Of a DNA stretch of 64,000 bases, positions 50,321-62,682 are shown piece after piece. The notes under the pieces are model-generated. The model was given only the letters and a program-made list of their open reading frames with translations, was not told the DNA's origin and did not search any database. The stretch's first letter is position 1. Every line of letters starts with the position of its first letter. The stretch comes from Hydrolagus colliei (taxonomy: Eukaryota): positions 12,896,001 through 12,960,000 of the forward strand of contig CM068755.1 of the NCBI GenBank assembly GCA_035084275.1, read 5' to 3'. The translations under genes and the position numbers were made by a program.

Positions 50321-51548
50321 ACATCTATATATAGGTACATATAATGCCTTTTGTGTCGGGTGACACTTCACACTTAAGTGTGTATTTATAGTTTGCTACA
50401 GAAAAGCCATGGTCAGTACCTAATGTTTCCACTTAATTAAAACCAATTCTTCCATTGTGTGCAACGTTTAGCATTGGAGTGCCTTAGCCAGACTCGTATT
50501 TGAACGGGAATATCACTTAAACTGCAGCAGATTAAATCACATTACAGTGATCCTTCTCAAGCACTGCATTCATTAAAACTACTTTGAAGACTTTTTCAAA
50601 GCCAAAGTGTGCTAAAAGGCAGCACCAGACTACAAAGTGTAACTACTTTCAGCAAAACTTTGTGCATGTAAAATGTGATTTTGATTGATGATTTACTGAT
50701 CACAACATTTTATAATTGTTGCATCCTTGTGGCTGAGGCCAATACATTATTACCATGATATATGACTGTTTATCGAGATGAAAAAACAGCTCAATTAACA
50801 AAGACTGGTTTTACAGCAAAGCATATCAGAAAACCAATAGAAATACTGCAAAAAATTAAGTTCTAAGTCCACACTTCATCACTCATGCTAAAATAAGTTC
50901 AATCCTTTTAATATGTAGCAGAGAGGGTCATTGCAAGCTTATTAAAGTTATTGCATTATTACAGAGGTTTAGATTGACTGCCAGGTTTTCGAATCACCGA
51001 TACTCTGTGCTAGTTTTAACATGAAAGCTCATAATTCATTTCTCTTAGCATAAATGTATTTTCTTTGTTTGGCTGTACACGAAACAGAAATCAATAGCCG
51101 CAGTTCACAAAACAATTAGCTTGTTATCTGTCAAATAAAGTGTTACACTTAATGGGAGGGCCTTCAGAACTTCCTTCGCTCAGTGAAGCTAGCGATGGAA
51201 AGGGAGAGAAGGCATAACAGGCAGGTCAACCCAACGAGGAGTGGGAGGGAAATGGAAATGCTGTGTGAAATGGGGAAAGGGCGTGAGGAGAAATGGAAAG
51301 AAGGAATGAGAAAGGCAGTAAAGGAAGAGAAACAGAAGATAGCAAAGAGGATGAAATTCATGAGGATGAAAAGGAAAATCAATACAAATGAAGAAATGGA
51401 ATGCTGTTACCACAGTAACAAACGTGAAGCATCATCACTGGAAGGAAGAATTATGAGTTCTATGTATATTGTTTTATCTCTACAAATCCCCTGATGAATG
51501 TTACTGACAGTTTTTTTTTATCTTGCCAACTTCCAGAGGCGGACTCAC

Positions 51549-51695
51549 AGCATGATCTGCAGGGAATCAGATAGCGCTTGGTGGTGTAAACGCTGCTCTG
51601 TGTTTGACGATGTACCAGATTGTCAGATTGATTAATCTCCGTTGAAACTGATTGTAAATGGATATATTTCCCAGGTTTCAATACCCACTCGGAGC
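51549..51695 (-). other. Candidate exon, 147 nt, open in phase 1-1
   Basis: tttttttatataag| acceptor and gct|gtgagt donor; encodes SEWVLKPGKYIHLQ...YLIPCRSC without a stop; product not recognised. Confidence 0.25.
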
Positions 51696-54600
51696 CTTAT
51701 ATAAAAAAAATTCTCTCCCTGACCTATAATAGCCATGACCTACCATTTGACCTTTAATCCACAGTGCTGTATAATTCAACATCTTATTTCTACAGTGCAC
51801 TGGCAAGTTTCTGAATGAGTTTTACTTTTTTTTTAGAAAATATTAGCATTTGCACCAGGGAGGAGGTTGGGAACATCAACAAAGTCAGTGACATCCAGTC
51901 TGTGAGTGGTTAAAAAAAATCCATAGAAAAATAGGAGAGAAAGTTCAAAAGAGATGCAAAGGTGACAGAGCAATATGATTTTACCCTTGGAACATGGACT
52001 GAAATTCAGGTCTAGGCATATGGGTGAAATCTCTCTAATACCTATGGCCTGCAATTGCAGTAGAGTAATTGAAAAGATTTACATGTTAGCAGGTAGCAGT
52101 GACTAGTGGTAAATCTGCTCACATCCAATTTTTTGATATCTCCCCCTCTCCTCTTACAATGTGAATGAAATTATGGCAATATTTAAATATTTATACCTCT
52201 GCTCTTGTTCATGTCACCAACCCTAACACAGTAGAGTGGGTAGCCTGCACTAAAAAGGGAAAGCAGACATAAAATTTTGCCTATAAAAGCATCAAGTCAA
52301 TGGAATTTAATTCTGCTGAAGTCTGGATTCCATTGCCACAAAGTGGATGAGAGTGGGCTGGCAAACATATTCCTATTAGTTTAGTTTAACAAGGTTTGTT
52401 TTCACCAACAGTGCAAATCAGCAATGAGGAATGTCAAGTGGTGGGATATTATGAAAACTGATCACTTCTCCTTTCCACCTAGGGTTTGGGGGCTTGGTCC
52501 GGGTACCTTCACCTAACAAAGATTGTATCGGTCCTGCCAATACAGTAGTAATTTAATCTCCAAGTACTGTAGTTCGAGAATGATTACACTGCACAGTCTC
52601 CTACCAATTAAACAGAGGTGCTTAATACAAAATTAGTCTATTTAGCAGAATTGTTTGTATCAAAGAATCATTCTGCTTTCTCTACCCCCTTCCTTAATTG
52701 CTTTGCAGTTTAACATATTTAAAGTGATTGCTGATGGATTGCATGTGCCCGGCCTTTTAAAGCAAGGATCGGTTGGATGATTGAAGGAAGAGAGATGATC
52801 TGGTTTGCTCCAAACCTCAAAAATGTAAACTACAAGAGCCTTTTGTTGTAGACATCACATAATGTAAAGGAATAGCTCCTCATTGAGATCAACAGTTGCC
52901 TGCAACTTGTTGTACCAATTCTAATATATGCACAGACAACTTTACAGATTTTGACGTACGGCATGATTCATAGCTGTCTAGAGGTGCTAGAAATTCTACA
53001 ACACTTCAACAACTATGCAAAACTTGTCATTGACATTTTTATTTTATGCAATATGATTCAAGAACAAATTTTAGTACAACCAAGGAACACTATGATTCAG
53101 ATCTTTACATGCTGAGAAGCAATAATGATGTCGATCTTTGCATGCTATTTGATTTGGATTGTGAGTGCTAAACCAAAGGGCATGTGTTCAAAGTGAACTT
53201 GTTTTGAGCAAATCCAGAGATAAGCTCAGATTCTTATTTGACCACAAAGTAGTGGCCATGTGAAAGAGCCCCACAAAACAGTCAGTTGAACCTGTGTCAA
53301 TTAATTCCTTCAAGAAAGAAGATTGTTATCTGGTTGGAAGCACTTGAATATTGGTGTATTGGAAAGTCTTCTTATGGTGTGGGGAAAAAAATCAGATAGA
53401 GATGAGAGAAAAGATATCAATGCATGTGTTTCTCTGTGCTTAGGTTAAGAAGACCTCAATATACAAACCAGACAATGCCAAAACAAAGCAGGCATTTCAA
53501 ATCCTACTGTGATAAATATACCTGGCATAACGCCAAACTATCAAGCAGAGCAGAACTTCCAACCATGCCAACCTTCCTACTAACGTTTAATGTCTTTTCA
53601 CTGGGGTGAAAAAGGACATTTTGGACACTGAGTTAGCTTTGAGTTAGAGTGGTGTTGGAGATCCTATGTCATCACCAATGATGCTATTATACAAATTCAG
53701 GGGGCTGGCATTGTAAAGTATTGTATTTAATATCTCATTCTCTGAGATTCGGCTCTTAACCTTAACAAAGAGTAAGCTTTTTAAATGTTATTATCTTTGT
53801 ACAGTACTATTAATGTTTACAACTTTGACGACCAATATGATGAAACATCAGCAGCTATCACATGGGGATTTATTCACACAGCAGTACGGCAGCTGAAGTG
53901 TCAGTCGTTTTGATGCTCAAGGTGTTGAAAATGTGCGGAGTACTAAAGGGGAAAAAACGGTCAGTTTGAAGCCTGCGTATTCCAGGATGGAGTTACGGTA
54001 TCTCTTTAAATGTCCCTGTAGTTTATTTCATTTCTCAACGAGCCATAAATACTAAACAAAGTGTATAATTTAAAGCTTAATGCAAAGCATGTGCACTATT
54101 GTTGAAAAGACTGAATTTCCTAAGAATCTGTCACCCTGATGACACTAACCGTTCTTCTGGTCTCCTTATCACCAGATGGATCTGAATGAATGTGCGCTAT
54201 ACTATTGGTTGCCAAGAGTATATAAGACCTTGCCTGTTGAACTCATTTAACCCTAGTAGTTAAAATAAACTTCCCTGAGATTACTGCACTTATCCCCTGT
54301 GAAGTCCTTTTCACCCCAGGTTGTGTGATCTCATCACATGAGGACATAGTGCATGATCAATACATTCCGGCCTACACTGTAATTTACCTTGCTCTATCTG
54401 ACAGGGGATGTGGAAGTGGTAAAGACAGGCTTTACTTGTAATCTTCTTATCATTTTATCCTGGAGTGGTTCTGAGAAGGACCTCTCCATCACTGCCACTG
54501 AAAGTGGAGGGTTAACTTGGAGAAAGAGCGATTACCTGCTGTACATGATGTGAAATACAGACTCGCAGAGCTGCATGCAGACCTCGTTGGAAGCCAGTGA

Positions 54601-55514
54601 ATGAGCACCTTCAGCTGAATTTGGTTTCTTTTTGGGGGGATGATAGAGGAGTTTCTTGAATCGACAGTGAACCAGTAAATTACCAAACCAATCACCAAAT
54701 CAATTTGAATGTATTCTCAAATGAAAGAGCGAAAAAAACACACAGATTCAATTTGATTACCATGCTGAATTGACCAAGTACTGCAGTTTTCTAATGCACT
54801 TCCAATTTTCTGCCACCCCATCCACAAACCTATGATGGGCTACAATTCCGCAGGCTACAGGCACCTTCTCACATTTCACCCAAGTGACTTCCTGTGCTGA
54901 ACTAGATCATATTTGATCAACAGACACAGTTGACATGCTTCTCCACAGCTGTTGTGATAACAAATGACTCTTGTAACTGTAACATACCGCTAGTTTTGCT
55001 TATCCCATTGCAATCCAAATGACGTTTGTAATTTCAGATAGGTACACAAACTCATTACTTTGTTAAATCTATTACAAGTGATCATAAGAGTGTAGTGCAA
55101 CCTGAGATATGATTAAAGTTCACATTGGACTCCAGCCAACGTAAATCCAGATGAAACTTATCAATAAATGTTACACATTTCTCAAACCAGACCTGACATC
55201 TCAACAGTACAATCTCAGCTTTGTCTAATGCAATGATTGTTCCTGCACCCAAAACTATAAAAATACAAGGTCAGAGAATGTGAGTCAGTTCAACTAAGAT
55301 TAATTTGATTAGGCTGGATCTAAACCAAACTAACTTTTAAAATTTATTTTTGGCTGTTTTTAAGCCAAGTTTTGATTGTCTCAGCATTTTGTGGCTTTGA
55401 ATTCACAGGATGAAGTCAGCAGTGGCATCCAATTGCAGACGTTATCCTCCCAAACAAAATTCTGGCTGTAGAGAAAGAAGCAGTGAATAAGAGTGTGAGT
55501 GTAATAGTGTGAAT

Positions 55515-55612
55515 ATGATCACAAGATTGGTTTGGATGAAGAAGCCCCTTCAGCCCATTCAATCTCTTGCTTCCAGAATACACTCATCAAACCATTTATT
55601 AAATCAGTCCAG
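55515..55612 (-). mobile_element. CR1 3'UTR fragment
   Basis: atcacaagattggtttggatgaagaagccccttcagcccattcaatct...ttccagaatac; same family as the copies at 10285 and 50090. Confidence 0.6.
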
Positions 55613-57044
55613 TGTTAATACTACTCTAGGTACATCTGTCACAATATGAAAGAAGTGTAAATATTGATAAAACTGGAGTATTGGTGAAACAAGTTTAATC
55701 TGAATTTGGAAGGTCCACCAAGTCGGCGAGGAGGAGGTAGATGGGTCTGACTCCCAACCATTCATTTGAGTATTCCTGGCACTACAACATTTTATAAGAA
55801 TAAGCAGTTTGTGTCAAATCTGCAATGAGACTATGTTTTGGACATTAAGTAGTTACCAGATAGATATGGGTGAAACATAGACAGCTTAGGTAAGTGTAAG
55901 GATCGAGGAGTGGGTCCGGAGGGAAGACAGATTGGATTATGGTTTGCAATAAAGACCAGGTTTACTCAGCAGCAAAGGGGAATTGAGGATAATAATGTCT
56001 TGGTTTTACTGCAGGTGTCAGAGTGAAGCCACTGGTTGCTTCAGAACAGTGAAAATTGGCAGCTCCAGGTTATACTACCAGTTTTACACCACCATGTACT
56101 TAAGGGCAGGGTATTACATCCACGTGCAGAGGTCTCTTGACATGTATCCGAATGCCAGCTATGCTTTTAGTTTGTGAAGATCTGTCATGACGGCCAGCTG
56201 CTTAGGTTCAATTTGCATTGGTTAGAGTTTTACTATAGCTTGTGTAAAGTCAGGGCATGAGTCTTATCTCCTGCTTCTGTTAAATCAGATTGATCTCAGA
56301 TCTGTAATCCAGTTACAGCGTGGATATACTGAGTCAATTCAACACGTTGTCGTTTTTTTTTTGCATCAATACAAAATGTGCAGTGTAACTGGCCTGTAAG
56401 GATTAGGTCTACATTAACCCATGTTTCCTGGGAATTGGCTTGATTCAGCCCTGGCATGGTTTTGTTTGTTCATTTGCATGACATACTAAATAGATTCTGT
56501 GCCTTACAGACATGATAGAATCACAGGTTCTTTTGGAAAATCAATAATTCATATACACAAAGAGCATGATAACCTGACCTAAATAGATCTTTGCTAAGTT
56601 CAGGCAGAGAGGGGAGAGCGTATTTTCAAAAGTAAATCTGGGCTGGTAAAAGTGAATTAAATTTTGCCTTGAACTTTTGACAGTGCACTAAAAAAGCAAA
56701 GAAATACATTGCTGCCAAAAACGATGCTTTATTATTCCTCAGCATGTTTCTTTTTACAAACCAAATGTTCTGAATTTGCTAAAAAGGAAAGTTTGTTTGT
56801 GTTTGATTTAACGTTTTGGGGGGATTTATCATAGTTGGACAAAAGTGGGTCCCCAAATTTCCCCTATATCATCATGTAGCCTATATCATCATGTTGTCTT
56901 TAAATTTAAGAAAAGACCAAAATTGTGGAACACTCTTAAACTCTGCCTTAATTTAGAAGCCGGTTTCTTTTTAAGAACTATGGAGAATCAATTTTCAAAT
57001 TACAACTACAGTAAATATAAGAACGTTTTACAATTCTATGGAGT

Positions 57045-57325
57045 AGTGTTTAGGAAGGATGTTAAGGCATTGGACAGAGTGCAGAGGAGATTTATCAGGA
57101 TTCTACTGGGAATGAGGGACTTTGGTTATGAGGAAAGACTGGAGAGGCAAGGATTATTTTCATTGGAGCAGAGAAGTTTACGAGGAGATCTAATAGAGGT
57201 TTTCAAAACATTTCAGATCTACAACCCTTCGTCAGAACTATTGACTTTGAATAGCTCTTTTCAATGAGCTAGCACAGACACAATGGGCTGAATAGCCTTT
57301 TGTGCTGTAAAATTCTATGATTTTT
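57045..57325 (+). mobile_element. CR1 LINE 3' end (ORF2 C-terminal region, internal deletion, 3'UTR)
   Basis: FRKDVKALDRVQRRFIRILLGMRDFGYEERLERQGLFSLEQRSLRGDLIEVFK is the canonical CR1 ORF2 C-terminal block; 3'UTR gcacagacacaatgggctgaatagcc...gtgctgtaaaattctatgatt. Confidence 0.92.
57207..57239 (-). other. Minimal hammerhead ribozyme core fragment (Penelope type) inside CR1
   Basis: Antisense agtt-CTGACGA-a-gggtt-gta-gatct-GAAA-tgtt: CUGANGA box, 5-bp stem II (with G-U pairs) and GAAA box. Confidence 0.55.
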
Positions 57326-58783
57326 TAAGGCAAAATAGTCTAATGGGCTAAAACTAGGTGGACTAGTTGTATTTTTATAAATCTTCCATGAAAATATTCT
57401 TCGGATTGTTTATAAATCCTTATTAGAATCAGTTGCTTGTTCTTTGTACAGAATGTTATGCAGCCAAAAACATTGCATCCAAAGAAAATTAGAGAGATGG
57501 GTGTTCATATCTGATATACCGGATCGAGAGTAGGGCACCTATTTGAAAGCTAAGGAATAGCCCTTTGAATCTATGGTTTAATTTGTAAACCTATTGTTTT
57601 ACATCTTTGCTGAAGTAGCAAAATTGAAATTTGTTTGCAACCAACCAAAGTTTTACATTATTACATATTTTTGTAAGAATCAACCCAATTCCTAATCAAC
57701 TATGAATACAACAACAACAAAAATAATGTTTGTACAGCATCAAAAGGTGTGTCTTTGTAAGAATTCCACCTATTGAACTAGAATTTACTGCTCAGGAAAT
57801 GGTTAATGAGTGTGCAATATGGTACCTATAATGGTTGCAGTCTAAGTAGCGTTGATGGAAATTCATTGGCATGGGAAAAGGTTACCATTAATTCCTCTTA
57901 AAACTATTTGCATTCTTTCCCAGTTCTCAGAAAAATGCCTTCAAAACTAGCTATTATCCTCTTTACACAACAGTAGTTTGCATCAGGTAACAAGAGGGTA
58001 ACAGATTAATCTAATGAGGTTTTTTAGAATTAGATTTACTTTCTAATAACATTGGGAGATTATAATCCCATTCACATATTCACGCTGACTATATTTTGTT
58101 CTGCTTATATATAAAACACATAATTGACAGGTTAAGCAACTTGGCTATTTTAATGCATTGAAAAATCTAACAGTCCTTTTCAATAAAGTGTTTTACTAAT
58201 TGACTGCTGCATTGTTTGTATTGTATTGATGGTTACAAAAGATTCATATCAGTTTCATTTGAAGCTATTAACCTGGCTGTTGTCCCAATATAAAGTATGT
58301 GGATTGAACTCAAGCTTAAATAAATATTTGCATTAATCAGATTCCCATAATTGCCAAACATTAGACCGTTCTTGAAACAACGGCAATGCATAAACTGTTT
58401 ATTCTAGTGCTGTAAAACCTGTACTCACGTAAAACATCCGATTGGAATTGTGAGTAGTCCAAATGCCATTAAAACATATATATTATACGAGTACTTGTGT
58501 AACATTTCCTTAATGAACTATTTGCTTTATATTCACACAACAATAGTATAGGTCTGCATATTTGCAATGCTTTGTCTCATGTAAATACAGTATATAGGTT
58601 TTATGATAAAGTTTGCAATATACAAAGTTTTGTCATTTATTGACTGTACCGGTGTATTAAAGTTACCCAAACCCCACTTTTTAATTCCAATTACAGTACA
58701 GCAAAGTAATCTTCACTAAGACAGTTAGCTACCAATTCCTTAATTTAGAGACATAAGAATGAAAAGTTTACTGAACTTTTTAC

Positions 58784-58943
58784 CTTGAGCCATGTGGGCT
58801 TGGCAAAAAGCCTTGTACTTCTCTCGCGGCACTGATATTCTTGCAGTAGAAGGGCACAGAGATGATTCCTGTTCAATCCATCCATGCGGGGAAGGTCCAG
58901 TTACACAGACTTCTCAAATTGGCACTGAACCAATTGCTTGAAT
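58784..58943 (-). other. Candidate exon (non-coding or first coding exon)
   Basis: (CT)n...tttttaag| acceptor and caag|gtaaaa donor around a 160-nt, relatively GC-rich segment; no transcript evidence. Confidence 0.35.
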
Positions 58944-58957
58944 CTTAAAAATTCAGG

Positions 58958-58975
58958 GAGAGAGAGAGAGAGAGA
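58958..58975 (+). repeat. (GA)n microsatellite
   Basis: gagagagagagagagaga; forms a (CT)n pyrimidine tract upstream of a minus-strand AG at 58945-58944. Confidence 0.9.
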
Positions 58976-61900
58976 TCAGAGTTGCTTCATTCACTTTTAG
59001 ATATATCTGTCTGAAAAATAGGCATTATGTGGAAATATGCACAGTTGTAGCAAATAAAAAGCAGTAGATATTGTATTGCAACAAGCATCAAAAAGTGAAA
59101 GGTCCACTTTTGCTGTTGGTATCTTTTATACCCTCAAGAAGGTCTTTGGATGGTGCTGAGGAACTTCTGCTTGATGTTTTGGACCAATTCCAAAAGTCAA
59201 GTAGACCGGGGATTAGATTTGAGCCTCTGATCCAGTCCAGATGGCTTTAAAGAGCTTTAAAGACAAACAAGTAAACTTTACTTCATTCTACCTCGGTAAT
59301 TAGATGAGATTGAAAGTTGATTTTTAATTTTCTCGGTAATTAGAAGGAATTAGGGGTTGACTTATCTTTTCAAGTTCAAGTTGTTTTGGAAGTACTTTCC
59401 TACAAAAACAATGAGGATAAAGTAGCTTTAATGTTTTCTATGTTCACCGCCCTCCTCCGCCATCACTTCTCTAATTCCTACTTCTCAGCAGTTCTCCTAT
59501 TGTTCACTTAAAGGGAAAGTGCTATTACTCTGGAGTCTCGAGTCAGACACTTTTTACTGATATTTGCAATATGACAGATACGATAATGTCATTTTATCAC
59601 TTCAAGTATCCCAATCACTTTGAATTTTCCAGGAACAAATTCCTTATTCTTTCTGTGATTGACTTGTGTTTGACACATTTAAATCTGTCAAATGTTCGCT
59701 CCTAGCATTTTCACCCCCAATGCATTACTCTTCTTCATGAACGTAATGTGGTCAAAGTCTCATAAATTTTTTGACTTCATTCTCACATTCATTAGCAGAA
59801 AGGTAAAATAATAAGCGAAACACATAAATATGTTTTGGAAATGTTGACTTCCAGTTTGGGTTTTAATTTTAAAACAGCTCTCCAAAGAGAAAGTAGCAAG
59901 TTTTTTTAAAAATTCTGTATTTTTTCATCTCTCCAGTCTTATAAGTGCCTGAGAGCAAACACCAAAGTTACTGCAGGCCTAAAGCCAGTAGCTACATATT
60001 TTATTGTAAATGAGATGTTGTTAACGATAGCTTTCACACAGGCACACAGGAAGGTAAAAAGCCCCCCCAAAAATCACCTGCTAGTTTCAAGTTGATCTTT
60101 GATAAGGAAAAAGTGGAATAGTACATACTTGACCTTTTTTCGATAGCAAGAATGCTCATAAATTATACAAGCCAAATTGTCCAAAATTTACATGGGCCCA
60201 TGTGGATAGACCTGTCAGGCTATGCAACAAAATACTGAATCTCCTGACAATCGGAGACAAAATTAATCTTGTCTGGTACATTATGAAATACTCAGATGAC
60301 ATTTGCTGTTCCTGTCAGCCCTAATAAAGATATTTTTACATATATATGCTTATCCAACGATTCGAGAGTCAGGCAATTTTGAAATTATTTCTGATTTACA
60401 ATGTCCCTTACACCGCACGTCACCTTTGCTGTCAATTATCTGGAAAGCAAATGCTAAGTGAGTACTAGTCGGCGAAATTAATAAGAGGAACCTTTTCCGT
60501 GAGGTATGACAGGCTGTAAAGGGATTAGGCGTCCTGACATTAAGGCTGCTCTCAACCCAGGGTTCAAAACTCTGTAAACCAACCTGTCCATCACACAGGC
60601 TAAAGCCTGGTGTTAGACATTTAATCATATTACTTCTCCCTAAACCATCAAAGCCAATTTAATCAAATTGTATCAGTGGCAGTGGAATTATTGTTTCCCT
60701 GCCTATTAGGAAATAAAACTTGGCACTTATTATGTGCATGCTCTCATCTCTTGCTTCCTGGTCCCTTTACTTTGCTTTACATAGCACTTCTGCAAGCATT
60801 AACCCTTTCTGTTCTGCAATGATTTCCCTCCTCCTCTAAACACCCCCCTCCTACCCCCACTTTCTATCTGTAGTGTAAACTGTCAGTCAGTTATTAATGT
60901 CTACAATACTAATTAACTGACCATTTCGAAAGGTCAGCGGCGTTATATCTAGACATTAATAAATAAATAGTCTGTGAAATGGGTGTCTCGTGGGATTTTT
61001 CATGAGTGATACTTCAAGGGGTTTAAGCCTGAAAACTTCAAAGTTACTTTGAGGATCCCGGCAAATATGTTAAAAATATGTAATTTAATTCTCCTATCTT
61101 CAAGTTACAATGCGCAAGGATAGAGGAATGAATAAAAGATCAGAATATGTCTGTTTTGTAACCTATAAAGGCTAATTATTGATAGTTTATAGAGTTCTTT
61201 ATGCTATGAATATATGAAAAGGTGAACTGTATCTTCCCCTCCCCTGCCCATCCTGAACGAGTCTTTGTAAATTCTGGTTTGCATTTTGTTTCAGATCTGC
61301 ACAAGTGCAGACATTAGCCTGGGACCTGTGTGGTAACAGCGCTACGTTCTCAAGTCAGTTGCTTTCTCACTGTAAAGGACACAGTCTACAATGTTTTGAA
61401 ACCTGACTACTGTACTAGAGTGTAGTAATGAACTGGGAAACAGTTCAAGGGAAAGCAGCTGGATGGCAAGTGTATAAAGGGAAAGGTACCTTTTGTTTTT
61501 TTAAGTGTGAATAGTTATAAAATAAAACACAATTGACACCTAACTTCTAAAGAAAAGCAAGGTGCAGGATGAGAAGCCAACAATTTACACTGCAAATCCT
61601 GGCAGTGTGTCAGCCCTACCTGGATTCATTGTTTTTTTAAATTGATCTACATTAACCTTTCTGTTATATAGTTATGGTCGTTGGTTCATTATATCTGCGG
61701 AAAGTTACAAAAGTATTAATATCTGCATTACTCAAGGTAGAGAGCTAGTAAAGATTGTCTTAGCAGCATTGTCAGCAATAGAAGACAACAGACACACTTG
61801 TGTGACTCCTGGCATCTGATATTGTAACTTTGTGTAGGAAGGTAGCAATTATGGACCAGCAGAGATCTACGTATTGAACAACAATGTTCACTCATATAGT

Positions 61901-62009
61901 GCTTCCATGTGGAGTTGCGTCTCGAGCATAATGCTTTTGCTCATTTATTATTAACTGAAATAATTAAAGTGGTGTGATGGTGCACACATTTGTTGGAGCC
62001 TTTATATTA

Positions 62010-62075
62010 TCCAACGCCTGGGATGTCCTTCTGATGTAAAAGGCACAATACAGATGTAATTTTGTATTGTATTAT
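62010..62075 (+). mobile_element. L2-type 3' tail
   Basis: cgcctgggatgtccttctgatgtaaaaggcacaatacagatgtaattttgtattgt. Confidence 0.65.
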
Positions 62076-62599
62076 ATGCTAACAGTCAAACGCAATGTAA
62101 TGCTAGGGGTATGTTGCATTGTTAGATGTGCGGAAGTCGTAGAGTAGTCAGGTAAAGACAAGGTAAGATCCAAATGGAACTGCAAGCTGAGGAAGGGAGA
62201 AATTTGAATTGTGTGCACGGTATAAGTATACAGGGAAATTAAGTTATCCAGAAAAGTGGCTGGACTCGACAGGTGGAAGTCATCCAGCTGGTTGATTTCC
62301 AGTAATATGGGAGTCAATGTGGTACAGAATGAAGATGAGCAGATAACCTATTCCTTAGAAAATGAAGTTTCCTGGAATAATGAAAGGAAAAGAAAATTAT
62401 AAGGGAAACTATAATGAAGCCTTTAACATCCACCTTGAGTCTAATGGTACCACCAAATGAGCTGATGACGTCTTTGTGGTGAATAAAGAATCAACAATAT
62501 CCTAACGTCCTGAGGCAAGAAATCAATTTTCTAGTCCTGTAACTGATCTGGACTGAATCGCTTTAGGTGGACAGATAAAAAACAATTTGAATTTGTCTG

Positions 62600-62682
62600 G
62601 AATTCTGTGAAGCGCGTTGAGACGTCTAGAAGATGGGAAGCGCACTATATTAAAGGCAAGGATTATTATTAATATTATTATA
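62600..62682 (+). mobile_element. SINE 3' tail with (ATT)n
   Basis: attctgtgaagcgcgttgagacgtctagaagatgggaagcgcactatattaaaggcaaggattattatt. Confidence 0.8.

Noticed and set aside
51164-51494. Charged ORF (+) and hydrophobic ORFs (-)
   Set aside because: By-products of a purine-rich low-complexity tract that lacks stop codons.
53800-54000. CpG-containing exon-like segment
   Set aside because: All three plus-strand frames hit stops after the putative acceptor; donor weak.
56845-57267. 140-aa ORF as a host gene
   Set aside because: Its only protein-like part is CR1 ORF2; it is a truncated LINE remnant.
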